60,399 nt of DNA, taken from contig NC_069003.1 in the NCBI RefSeq assembly GCF_001194135.2, positions 11,288,121 to 11,348,519 on the forward strand. Reading direction: 5' to 3'. Origin of the DNA: Octopus bimaculoides (lineage: Eukaryota). Every line of letters starts with the position of its first letter. Positions within the stretch are counted from its first letter, which is position 1. Made by a program: the position numbers and the translations under genes. A model generated the notes under the pieces. That model had not been told where the DNA came from. It did not search any database and worked only from the letters and a program-made list of their open reading frames with translations. Of the stretch, positions 48,721 to 60,399 are shown in pieces.

Positions 48721-49542
48721 TCTTTCTTACTTGCAATGCGATACACCAATGGCAAGGTGTATAGAGTACAGCTGTTTACCTAGGGAAGCAGAATCAAATG
48801 TGCCATTGCCAAGCTATGTTTGTTTATTAAATAGTAATTTCAAATTTTTTTTCTGTTGATAAAATTGAAACAATGGTTGTTTTGTAAAGCCGAAAATTTT
48901 CTCCACATGTTGTCATGTCCAAGGCTTCACTATTGTCAATCTTCCTTGCTCACCTTAACCATTCTCCCAAGCATTTCTCTTTTAGACAGAGAATCAGCAA
49001 TGCTGAGAGGCAACACTTTTATGACATTATTAATTACACTGTTTGTCACCTCTTCTGTCTGTTTGACTCTAGTNNNNNNNNNNNNNNNNNNNNNNNNNNN
49101 NNNNNNNNNNNNNNNNNNNNNNNNNNNNNNNNNNNNNNNNNNNNNNNNNNNNNNNNNNNNNNNNNNNNNNNNNNNNNNNNNNNNNNNNNNNNNNNNNNNN
49201 NNNNNNNNNNNNNNNNNNNNNNNNNNNNNNNNNNNNNNNNNNNNNNNNNNNNNNNNNNNNNNNNNNNNNNNNNNNNNNNNNNNNNNNNNNNNNNNNNNNN
49301 NNNNNNNNNNNNNNNNNNNNNNNNNNNNNNNNNNNNNNNNNNNNNNNNNNNNNNNNNNNNNNNNNNNNNNNNNNNNNNNNNNNNNNNNNNNNNNNNNNNN
49401 NNNNNNNNNNNNNNNNNNNNNNNNNNNNNNNNNNNNNNNNNNNNNNNNNNNNNNNNNNNNNNNNNNNNNNNNNNNNNNNNNNNNNNNNNNNNNNNNNNNN
49501 NNNNNNNNNNNNNNNNNNNNNNNNNNNNNNNNNNNNNNNNNN

Positions 49543-50800
49543 AAAGTGCATTCGGAAAATCACCAATGTCGGCAGCAAGTAGGGTCCAGTCTCTCAGGAA
49601 TTTTGCACTTGCAGAAAATAGGCAACACCTTGAAAATTGATCAAAGAAAGAGTTGAAAGTGGCACCTGAGCGCAGATTGTCCCATACTCTGCTTTGTTCT
49701 ATCCTCAACTATAACAGGAACGAACCTGGTTCTCTCCAGTGTAGCAGAGCTTCATCCATCTCCCTGTTGGAATTAGTCCATGTTGGAGAGGAGAGGATGT
49801 TTCCTACTGAAGGGGAGTAAGTGTGGATAGACGAAAGAAAACAGGGATGAGACAGAGGCAAGCAATTATGCAAACTTAGACCCCCACCAAACCGTTTGGG
49901 CAAAGTAGCTTGGTCATGGGAGTCTGGAGAGTCACATTGAGCGAGCATTCAATTTCCCTGAAGATTAGGTCATCAAAGTGTCAGAGGGACATTGAGAATC
50001 TATAAGAGAGACTAACTCTGAGACAATACAATAGCATTGGAATTGATAACTAATTCCTAAGTATTAGAAAACTTTGGTGGGACTTAATTGCCTCAAAGCT
50101 TTTTTTAAAAGTTGCTGAAGGTCAGCCATTTTGGATCAAACAATGGACTTGAAAGCTTGGTCAGTAATTGGGTCTCCAAAAGAGCACCACACTGATGAGA
50201 TAGGAACTATGATAGAGGGGCAGGATCTATAAACAGGTTTATAGTCTGCTGATGGGAAGCTGGATGGTTGAGGAGCCAGAACTCACATTTGGAACTGTTG
50301 ACACAAGACCATTATGACCAAGTTCCTTAATCATTGTCCTCACAGTTTTAAGGATCAGAAGGACACCCCAAACAAGCATCATCGAGATACCAGCCATTCA
50401 AGTCCAGATCAACTCCTGTTTTAGTAATGTCATCAATACCCAGTGCAAATAGAGCAGACTCAAGCGGGCCACCCTGTTGGACTCCAGAGGCAGATGGGAT
50501 GAGATGGTCATCAAAGGAGAGGCAGGAGGGCTCCTGATAAGCGTACCAAACAAAGTGGTAGAGCTGTGGGGGAATTCTCCTTTACTGGACAGAGGATGAC
50601 ATCCTGAATGATTGAATTGAAGGCATTTCTGAGATCTAGGTTGTGAATGATCTTAGGGGTTTCAGAAGGCAAGTTAGTAAAAACTCTAATGGCAACATCA
50701 GCAGCCTCACAACCTAGCTTGATGCCCACCCCTTGCTGAAATGGGGAAAATTCAACAGACAGGTAGTTTGAAACTGAGGACACTTTTACTGTGAGCCATC
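49543..50800 (-). mobile_element. CRE-clade non-LTR retrotransposon fragment
   Basis: QGVGIKLGCEAA, LDLRNAFNS, SGVQQGGPL, WYLDD and QATLPKRFGGG motifs, with frameshifts. Confidence 0.78.
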
Positions 50801-51055
50801 ACAGATTATACCCAACTTATTGAGCGGAGGTCACCATTGGGCCAAACAGTTTAGCCCTACTTTCCTCTTTTCTCATTTTTTCCTGCATCAGACCGAGTCT
50901 CCACATACACACACAGGTAAGAAAATCACATTCTCTTCCAGGCAAAATATTTTCTGTAAAAATCATATCTAATGAATTTCTTTTGCTGAACCACTAAGTT
51001 ATAGGGACGTAAAGACACCAACATTGGTTGTCAAATGGTGATGGGAGACAAATAT

Positions 51056-51112
<57 letters not shown>

Positions 51113-52259
51113 ACAAGCTTCTTCAAGTTTCCATTTACCAAATCCAGTCACAAGGTTTTGGTTAGCTTGAAGTTATAGTAGAAGACATTTGCCCAAAGTG
51201 CCAGAAAATAGGACTGAACCCAGAACCACGTGGTTGAAAAGCATGTTTCATACTACACAGTCAGACATGCATGTATATACATATGTATATATATATATAT
51301 ATACACACACACATACACACTGAGTTCCTGTAGAAACTGACCAGTAACAAATCTTCCAGTATTGGTGTGGAATTGTTTCATTGAACAGGTCAGATATTGT
51401 AGGACAGTAAGTTATTTCCCTTTACTAACCAACACTATCGTTGATCTGTTAAAGTAAATTTCGTTCAACAACATTAACCCATTACCTACCAGTGATCTCA
51501 TATGAGATCACTTAAAAATTACAAATTTCGTAATTATCTGTCAATATTTACACATATCTAACCTTTTTGCTATATCTACTAGGTATATTTCTCTGATATT
51601 CAAATGAGGTTTGTTAATTTTTCACCCAATATCTCGCTTATTTCTATTTAAAATGTTATTTTGATCATTCCCGTGCATTTCTAAGGCTGTTTTATACTAG
51701 AAATCAAAGTTTCATAAAAAAAATTCCAATTAATAGAATTATGGGAGGTAATGGGTTAAGAGAAAGACAGCAATAAAGGAAATTTTAAAATTTGTCAGCT
51801 TGTGAAAAAATGTACCAAGACAAAAGAAAAAAGCTTGTTTAAACATATTAATTTATTTCAAAATTAAATACTATCTTATATTTTGGAAAAAGAATTAGAA
51901 CTGAAAATAAAACAATCATTTGTATTTTTAAAATTGTTTTCTGAAACAAAGTAGAGAATATTGTATATTTGTTGTTGTTTTTTGCTTCTGTTTTTTCCCA
52001 CCCCTTCTAGTGTCTTGCTCAACAAAACATTCAATCATGTGGTACTGGTGGTTTCCATCAGTTTTGAAGGCAGGCAAAGTGATAAGAGAAACAATTAGAT
52101 TTTTGGGAACAGCTGCAGCTCCTCTTGACAAACAGATCGTAATCTTTCAAAAGACGCCATGAGACGTGTTGGTTCATTGGCCATCCATTTCTATCTCAAT
52201 AGATAGAATCATCTTGCCAGAATTTATTTTCCCATTAGTGAAAGCAAATTTGAATTTAA

Positions 52260-52475
52260 CCCATTAGTATTCAAACCAGCTGTATCTGGCCCAAATATTC
52301 AACCTGTTTCATATTCAAACTGACCAGATCCAGCCTCTCACACCTATCCTACAATGCAATTCTAAAAGTAAAACAATTACAATCGAAATCTTGAAGCTAC
52401 AAGATAATACAAGAATTCAAAACATTGTGAATAAATAGGTTCCACAATTGACAGAGTAATTTGAATGTTAAAGGG
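52260..52475. mobile_element. piggyBac-type MITE
   Basis: TTAA TSD on both sides and CCC...GGG termini with a 16-bp TIR (3 mismatches); related partial copies near 9965-10190, 12440-12600, 27940-28140, 28520-28740 and 56085-56305. Confidence 0.8.
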
Positions 52476-53598
52476 TTAATGGAATGAAGTATGTCGTATA
52501 ATCTTAATGTATTTTTATTTAAATCAATTTTAGTTTCTATTTCACATTCAACTACAAAGTCCTTAACATTCATACACAGCTACTGTTTCGATTTTGCTTG
52601 AATTTCATCAGTGTAAAGCAACTAAGGATTTATTAATTATACCATGTTATTTTATTGTGGAAGAAAAAGGAGAAAATATTTTAATGAAGTGAAAACGATA
52701 TATGAAGGCATTTAACTTGGGATGTGTTTGTTTTGTCACAGTTGTGTGTGTGGAGAGAAAGAGAGTAATGAACTAGATGGAAATTGTAAACCTATCTAGG
52801 CGGCATGGCTGTGTGGTTAAGATTGCTTTCAACCACTTGATTTTGGGTTCAATCTCACTACGTGGCACCTTGGGTAAGTAAATGCCTTCTATAATAGTCC
52901 TGGGCTAATCAAAGCTATGAGAATGGATTATGTAGACAGAAACTGAAAGAAGCCTATTGTGTGTGTGTATATATATATGTATGTGTGTGTTTATATATAT
53001 GTGGTCGATGCCAGTTCCACCTGGCTAGCTCCTGTGCAGGTGGCATGTAAAAAGCACCATTCGAGCGTGGTCAATGCCAGTGCTGCCTGATTGGCCCCTG
53101 TGCCAGTGGCACATAAAAAGCACCCACTTCACTTTTGGAGTGGTTGGCATTAAGGGAATCCAGTTGTAGAAACCTTGCCAGATCAGATTGGAGCCTGGTA
53201 CAGCCTCCTGGCTTGCCAGTCCTCAGTCAAACCGTCCAACCCATGCCAGCATGGACAATAGACGTTAAACGATGATGTGTGTGTTTATATATCTTTGTAT
53301 TGAAATTACATGGTAGTGGTAAGTGAATGTCATGTTGTAAAAACTGTCATTTGTTTCCAATATTCTGTGAAAAATATTGTTCTGACCAAGGGGAAATGTT
53401 ACCTTGCTTGGAATCAGTTGAGTGTTGGAGACAGAGAGAGTATCCAGCAGTAGAAAATCTGCCTCACTAAACTCTATGGAAAAGTGAATTTTTAAAATGA
53501 TGATTTTCTTATGCAAACATGACTACACTACATTTTCTTGTCTTTCTTTTATTTTGCATACTAAGATATTTGCCAATATTTCTGTTAATAAGTTAAAC

Positions 53599-54018
53599 CA
53601 GTGGTTCCCAAACATTTTCAGGCTGCCATGCCCTTGACGCCTGGGCCACATTCCTAGTGGTCCCCCAAAAAATACAAACCCACCACCACTAATGTAGATC
53701 ACTTTCTGCAACAAATTCAAAACTGTATTTCTCAAATAAAACTTAACCTATTATTTTATTATTATTATTTTACCCCATTGCCTGCTTTTGGCCACCCCAT
53801 TATTANNNNNNNNNNNNNNNNNNNNNNNNNNNNNNNNNNNNNNNNNNNNNNNNNNNNNNNNNNNNNNNNNNNNNNNNNNNNNNNNNNNNNNNNNNNNNNN
53901 NNNNNNNNNNNNNNNNNNNNNNNNNNNNNNNNNNNNNNNNNNNNNNNNNNNNNNNNNNNNNNNNNNNNNNNNNNNNNNNNNNNAAGGGGGCAGTACCACC
54001 AATTTTTAGGAACCACTG
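53599..54018. mobile_element. hAT (Charlie-like) MITE, same family as 18981-19275
   Basis: CAGTGGTTCC termini and perfect 8-bp TSD AGTTAAAC; contains an N gap. Confidence 0.88.
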
Positions 54019-54104
54019 AGTTAAACCATATAGCAGAAGAGATGGCTTGGTTCACAGTTCTGAAAATTCTTTTTAAAAGACCAACAATAATAATCTTTCT
54101 GCTA

Positions 54105-55623
54105 AAGGCACAATGAGGGGAGGGGACTAGTCGATTACATTTACCCTAGTGTTTCACTGGTACTTAATTTATTGATTCTGAAGGGCAACATCGACCTCAG
54201 TGAAATTTGAACTCAGAACATGAAGACAGGCGAAATGCCACTAAGCATTTTGCCTAGCATGCTAACAATTCTGCCAGTTTGCCGCCTTAATAATAATAAT
54301 AATAGTAACAATAAGAAGATGGAGAATGTAGACTACTAAAAAACAAAAATGCAAGAGTGTGAGCAATGAAGGGAGTAACTGTTATCCCAGTAGTTGTAGG
54401 GGCCCTTGGAGCACTAACAACCAGTTTCGAGGAATATGTTGGAGAAATTGGAATTGACATGAGGGCAGAGCAGGGCCCCCCAAAAAACTGTCTATTGGGG
54501 ACAGCTAGGATTTTAAGATTGGTGCTTGGGTGATGAGTGTCTTCCACAATAAGGTAACATCCAAATACCAAAGCTTACAATTTGTGGAAAGAGACCTCCA
54601 TGAGATCCCTGACAACAGGTTGCTGTCTACTCTCACAGAATCAACCAGCACGAGTAAGACAGAGAGCTCTGAGAAGTAAAATAATAATAATAATAATAAT
54701 TTTGGTAAAATGCCAGCAATTTCAGGAGAGAGGACTAGTTGATTACATCACCCCCAGTACATGATGGATATTTTATCAAAGCTAAAAGGATGAAAAACAA
54801 AGTTAACTTAGCAGAATTTGAGCTCAGAATGTAAAGACAGACGAAATGCCACTAAGCATTTGGTCCAGCCCACTAACGATTCTGCCAGCTCAGCACCTTA
54901 ATAATCCTTTCTACTATAGACATCAACCCCAGTGTTTCACTGGTACTTAATTTATCAACTCTGAAAGGATAACGGGCAAAGTTGATCTTGGCAGAATTTG
55001 AACTCAGAAGTCACTAAGCATTTTATCCCAACATGCTAACAATTCTGACAGCACCTTAATAATAATAATGATGATGATGATGATGATTTCGAATTTTGGC
55101 ACAAGGCCAGTAATTTTGGGGGCAAGGATGAGTCAATTACATTGACCCCAGTGCTTGACTGGTATTTATTTTATCAACCCTGAAAGGATGAAATGCAAAG
55201 TCAACCTTGGTGGAATTTGAGCTCAGAATGTAAAGATGGACGAAATGCCGCTAAGCATTTTGCCTGACATGCTAATGATTCTGCCAGCTCAGCACCTTAA
55301 TGATAATAATAACAATACCTGGTCTTGGAATTGAAACCACAATCTCACCGTTATGAGTGCAACACCCTAACTATTAGGCCATGCATCCCATAATAACAAT
55401 AATCCTTTCTTACTATAGGCATAAGGCCTGAAATTTTGGAGGAGGAGTGGAGTGGCTTGTTAATTACATCGACCCCAGTGCTTGATTGGTACTTGTTTTA
55501 TCGGCCCCAAAAGGATGAAAGGCAATGTCAACCCCGGCAGAATTTCAGTTCAGAGCATAAAGACATGAAATGTTGCTAAGCATTTTGTCCAGCATACTAA
55601 TGATTGTGCCAGCTCGGCACCTT
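54105..55623 (-). mobile_element. Head-to-tail cluster of five family-D SINEs separated by (TAA)n
   Basis: Repeated GATTACAT.GACCCCAGT...GAAAGGATGAA...GGAATTTGAACTCAG blocks, all in one orientation. Confidence 0.85.
54314..54680 (+). mobile_element. R4/Dong-like non-LTR retrotransposon 3' end
   Basis: ARV*AMKGVTVIPVVVGALGAL...QKTV-LGTARILRLVLG*, typical of the C-terminus after an RLE domain; flanked by (TAA)n. Confidence 0.8.
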
Positions 55624-55929
55624 AATAATAATAACAATAATGATGATTATGGTGATGATGATAATAATAATAATGATAACAATAATAATAATAATAATTT
55701 TAATAAAACAATTAAACTTGTGCTTTTTTTTTTGATATTTCCTGTCAACCTAAATTCAAAAGTGCCATTTTCTTTTTTTTTCTCTTTTTTATATTTAAAT
55801 AAAGAATTAGTGCTTTAAAAAAAAATTTTTTTTTTTTTTAATTTTTATTTTGTGTCAGTAAATGTGTATTTCTGAGGATTTCTTCACATACTGCAAAATG
55901 TCTCTTGGTTTATAACGGTGCTTTAATTA

Positions 55930-56011
55930 TCATCGCTGATCAATCTTGAAGTCGTTAAGGAGAGCAACAAGACTTGAGTTTCCACCAAATGATTCGATTT
56001 CTTTGAAGATT
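55930..56011 (-). CDS. GGPS1: GGPS1 terminal exon (K-IFKEIESFGGNSSLVALLNDFKIDQR*)
   Basis: ttttccAG acceptor in the required phase 2; GGN..LVAL matches the human GGNPELVALV C-terminus; TGA stop. Absent from the ORF track. Confidence 0.88.
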
Positions 56012-57139
56012 CTGGAAAATGGAGAAAATGGTGAAACCATACATTGTAGCAATTCCATTCCACAGATTTTTTTTTAAATCTGGATATGGCATTCAAACTG
56101 GCCATGTCTGGCCAAAATATTCTACCCATTTAATCTTCAAACTGGCCAGATCTAGCCTTGCCATCTACCTTATAATTCCATTCTAAAAATAAACAATCAC
56201 GTCATCAAAATCTCAAAGCTATCAGATAATGTTTGATTAATTTAAAACAATATGAATGAATAATAACTAAATGTGGGAGAATAATCTGTGTGCTAAGGGG
56301 TTAATGGAAGGCATATTCAAATCGATCATTTACTGGAAAGGATATACAATCAGATGGTTGTAAATGCTACAAAATTGCACCAATCAACGCAGATTAGTGG
56401 TTAGTGACTGCGATGTAAGACCCATACAGTTGAAGGAGACTAAAGAATCTGTCAAGCCAATGTGGATGCTTCGACTTTGTCACTGACTAGCTCGAAATAG
56501 CAGCCAAATCTCCCTCAAGTCACACTCTACTGTCTGAAAACTAGTCGACCACATTGTATGATGTATTCATAGACAAGGGTAGAATAATAGCAGCCAAATG
56601 TCCCTCTCAAGTTGTTTATAGTAAAAGTGACTAAAAAATTTACCCAAGCCAACAAAGGAGCATCCATGTAGCTGGTGCTGACCCAAATTTTTAAGGCATT
56701 TAGGTAACTGAAATTACAAGATTCCCTCCTTGAATGGGAAGCCAGCCCATTGCATGGGTAACCTGCAGTTGTTGCTGCTGGCACTCATTTTTGGACGAGT
56801 AAACTAGAGCAATGGGAAATTGTTTTGCTCAAGGATATAACACAATGGCTAGTTCAAGAATTAAACCTATGAGCTAAGGAATGCAAAGCTCAACATCCTA
56901 ACCACCAGACCAAGCAGCTTCATTACTAAAACTAGCAGCCAAATCTTTATAACATTTCAAAAAGGAAGGACATACTGGATAATGTATCCATAATTAAGGG
57001 AGTCTAAAGAATTGGACACAACTAAAAGGAGCTGGGCAGAGGCTACACTGAATAATGTTGTTTCAGATATCTAATTCCAGTAAATGAAGAAAATGTAGGG
57101 TGGTCATGGTTGGGTTGTTTTTAAACCTTTTGTTACCAT

Positions 57140-57351
57140 ATCTCTTCCGCCTTCCCAAGATGTCTCTACGGTGAACTGTCTGAAGGAAAACACCCTCGTG
57201 GTGCCCTCTTGAGGCGGTACAAGGACCAACTCAAATCAACCTTGAAAAGCACCAACATCGACCCTGCACACTGGGAGGATATCTCGGCAAACAGATCCCT
57301 CTGGGGAGACACCATCAAAACGGGTTCAGCGGACTTCGAGAAAGCCCGAGT
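57140..57351 (+). mobile_element. RTE/BovB-like LINE C-terminal fragment
   Basis: RLPKMSLYGELSEGK...RRYKDQLKSTLKSTNIDPAHWEDISANRSLW; runs into a gap. Confidence 0.85.
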
Positions 57352-58200
57352 NNNNNNNNNNNNNNNNNNNNNNNNNNNNNNNNNNNNNNNNNNNNNNNNN
57401 NNNNNNNNNNNNNNNNNNNNNNNNNNNNNNNNNNNNNNNNNNNNNNNNNNNNNNNNNNNNNNNNNNNNNNNNNNNNNNNNNNNNNNNNNNNNNNNNNNNN
57501 NNNNNNNNNNNNNNNNNNNNNNNNNNNNNNNNNNNNNNNNNNNNNNNNNNNNNNNNNNNNNNNNNNNNNNNNNNNNNNNNNNNNNNNNNNNNNNNNNNNN
57601 NNNNNNNNNNNNNNNNNNNNNNNNNNNNNNNNNNNNNNNNNNNNNNNNNNNNNNNNNNNNNNNNNNNNNNNNNNNNNNNNNNNNNNNNNNNNNNNNNNNN
57701 NNNNNNNNNNNNNNNNNNNNNNNNNNNNNNNNNNNNNNNNNNNNNNNNNNNNNNNNNNNNNNNNNNNNNNNNNNNNNNNNNNNNNNNNNNNNNNNNNNNN
57801 NNNNNNNNNNNNNNNNNNNNNNNNNNNNNNNNNNNNNNNNNNNNNNNNNNNNNNNNNNNNNNNNNNNNNNNNNNNNNNNNNNNNNNNNNNNNNNNNNNNN
57901 NNNNNNNNNNNNNNNNNNNNNNNNNNNNNNNNNNNNNNNNNNNNNNNNNNNNNNNNNNNNNNNNNNNNNNNNNNNNNNNNNNNNNNNNNNGTATATATGT
58001 ATGTGTGTCTGTGTTTGTCCCCCCAACATCACTTGACAACCGATGCTGGTGTGTTTACGTCCCCGTAACTTAGCGGTTCAGCAAAAGAGACCGATAGAAT
58101 AAGTACTAGGCTTCCAAAGAATAAGTCCTGGGGTCGATTTGCTCGACTAAAGGCGGTGCTCCAGCATGGCCGCAGTCAAATGACTGAAACAAGTAAAAGA

Positions 58201-58402
58201 GTTCACCTATCATGGTTTATTATTTAAGCCTACGTGAAATCCTCCGTGGTGTTGTTTTGCATTTATAATAAAATTAATACATTATTAGAATTATAAAAAT
58301 TTAAAAAATATACAGTATAGTACTGTTTCTACTCTGTGCATTTTCACCTATTGCAGGTGGTGGGGCTGGAACGTAACACCTGCAATAGTTGAGGGATTAC
58401 TG
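58201..58402. mobile_element. Left-truncated copy of the 1136-1343 Tc1-type MITE
   Basis: Shared body and right end GAGGGATTACTG-TA; the left end abuts a family-A SINE tail. Confidence 0.8.
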
Positions 58403-58767
58403 TATTTATCTAAGGTCTGGAACATAAATTAACACATTTTGTTGGAAGATCTTGATTTAGATTAGTTTAAAACAGAAAGTTTACATCATAGAACTGGGGT
58501 GGGGAGTCTCAGACGAGTTGGTATCAAAAGAGTTACACATAGGTTAGCTTGACCACAGCTGACCTATGGCTAAATCGTCGTTTAACATCCACTTTCCATG
58601 CTAGCATGGGTTGGGCGATTTGACTGAGGACTGGTAGACCGGGAGGCGACACCAGGCTCCCAATCTGATCCGGCTGAGTTTCTACAGCTGGATGCCCTTC
58701 CTAACGCCAACAGCACGAGGGCCAGTCAGGGTAAAGCAATAACAAAAACAATAAAAGAATCACTTAC

Positions 58768-58882
58768 TTCTCTTCGTAGTCAACTAAAACAGTCTTGACA
58801 TAATCAAAGGTGCCATGCTGTTCAAGAAGGCCGACACAGTATTTCTTGAGATCCAAGTCATCCGTTCTCTGTCGGATGATGT
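58768..58882 (-). CDS. GGPS1: GGPS1 exon (N-IIRQRTDDLDLKKYCVGLLEQHGTFDYVKTVLVDYEE-K)
   Basis: Matches human NILRQRTENIDIKKYCVHYLEDVGSFEY; cacAG acceptor and AA|GTAAGT donor. Confidence 0.93.
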
Positions 58883-59493
58883 CTGTGAGGGGAGTGGGAG
58901 TTAAGATCAATGACAGCAGTAAGTGAAAAAGTGGAAGAGAAAGAAAAAGAAAATCTATAACAACAACAACAGCAGCTACAACTTTGTATTTCACCCTGAT
59001 TCACTAAGGGACATTAGCAATATTAATTTGGGTGTGAAAGAAAGAGAGTGAGAGTGAATGTATACACATACACCCATATAGTTCGAATTTACAGAAAACA
59101 AAAGACAGGTGAGGGAACAACAAGCAGGTGTATTTCATTCGGTCCTTCAATATACGAAACACTAACGACTTCATGTGCAACTGTAAACTACTTTGTCATG
59201 CTACGTAAAATGGCCACTATAATTTGTGCATCTGTGGGAAAGGTGTCTATCTTCTTTAGTAGAATCATTCTGAATTCGAATTTAAACTAAAAATCATTTT
59301 GTATGCACAATTAAAGGTAAAAATCTACCAAAAATCTCTATCAGGAAGAATGGAAAAGTCATTGATGTTTCAAGCCCATGCTTTTCAATAGAAAGGATTG
59401 AGAGGGGAAAAAATGGAGAGAGAACAGAAAAGAATAGAGTGAGAATTGAAAAAAATGTGTAGGAATTACCGGTATATGTATACACACAATGAA

Positions 59494-59536
<43 letters not shown>

Positions 59537-60184
59537 NNNNNNNNNNGTAGTGGCGATGAATTGCCTCAAGTTCCATCACTAATTTGATGCTCTGCAGAGT
59601 CTACAATCATGCGCAGTAATCCAGACGACCGAGAACAAAAGCTCTCCATAGAGGGATCCTTATTTCTGGTTCTGAATGATCTAAAAATCCATCCATGCAG
59701 CTACTCACCTGCACAACATCGCTGTAGAATCAAATGCCTTTCTTCATCTCAAGAAGTATTCAAAATGGCTGTTCCATATTATAATAAGACCCTACAGGAT
59801 AGCTGCTTTACTCATACAATCTTCTACGACCCCTCAAATCCTCTACTTATTTCTTTATTGCCCACAAGGGGCTAAACATAGAGGGGACTAACAAGGACAG
59901 ACAGAGGGATTAAGTCGATTACATCGACCCCAGTGTATAAGCACAAGGCCTGAAATTTTGGGGAGGGGACTGGTTGATTACATCGACCCCAGTGTTTCAC
60001 TGGTACTTAATCTATCAACCCTGAAAGGATGAAAGACAAAGTCAACCTCGGCAGAATTTGACAGACAAAATACTTTGCCTGGTGAGCAAACAATTCTGCC
60101 AACTCGTCATCTTTATAAGAATAATAAAAATGATGATGATGATGATGATGATGATGATAATAAAACATGTGAATAGAAGGATAC

Positions 60185-60287
60185 TTAAAACTTGATTGTC
60201 ATCAGGATTGGTTTGTATGGCATGGATGAGTGGGAAAGAGAATTTGCCTTCACTTAAATCTTCACAATAAGTTTTATTTTTTTCATA
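60185..60287 (-). CDS. GGPS1: Geranylgeranyl diphosphate synthase exon ([25 protein letters not shown]...NQVL)
   Basis: CEDL.EGKFSFP.IHAI, the second aspartate-rich motif region; tttcAG acceptor and phase-1 donor A|GTATCC. Confidence 0.93.
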
Positions 60288-60399
60288 CTGAAATAAAGAG
60301 GAAAAGAGAGAGAAAACCATTATTGATATATCCTAGTTAGGTCTGTGGTGGTGGTGGTGGCGGTATATATATATATATATGCGACAGGCTTCTTTAAGT

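Noticed and set aside
51928-52250. Non-repetitive-looking stretch with short ORFs on both strands
   Set aside because: No recognisable homology or paired splice sites; possibly UTR or old TE.
1-60399. CRISPR arrays, operons or prokaryotic systems
   Set aside because: The sequence is eukaryotic with spliced genes; the repeats are SINEs and satellites without repeat-spacer regularity.

Overview
This is AT-rich, repeat-dense eukaryotic genomic DNA with about ten scaffold gaps. The SINE, MITE and microsatellite make-up suggests an octopus (inference). Three intron-containing housekeeping genes can be reconstructed by hand from splice sites and remembered protein homology. SLC35E1 has coding exon 1 on the - strand at 3509-3845 and continues off the left edge. 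MUTYH (adenine DNA glycosylase, + strand) spans 12718-47461: 13 complete exons plus the start of one more; the first exon and a short zinc-linchpin exon are missing, probably in gaps. The last three exons of GGPS1 are on the - strand at 55930-60287. The rest is transposon-derived: tRNA-SINEs, RTE, CR1, CRE and R4 non-LTR fragments, Penelope-like ends, mariner, Tigger and MULE remnants, and hAT, Tc1 and piggyBac-type MITEs. The most notable observations are a type I hammerhead ribozyme motif on the sense strand of the last MUTYH intron, a 159-bp near-perfect inverted repeat in another MUTYH intron, a MUTYH acceptor with no polypyrimidine tract, and repeated SINE-into-SINE targeting at one motif. 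Homologies come from memory; no database search was run.
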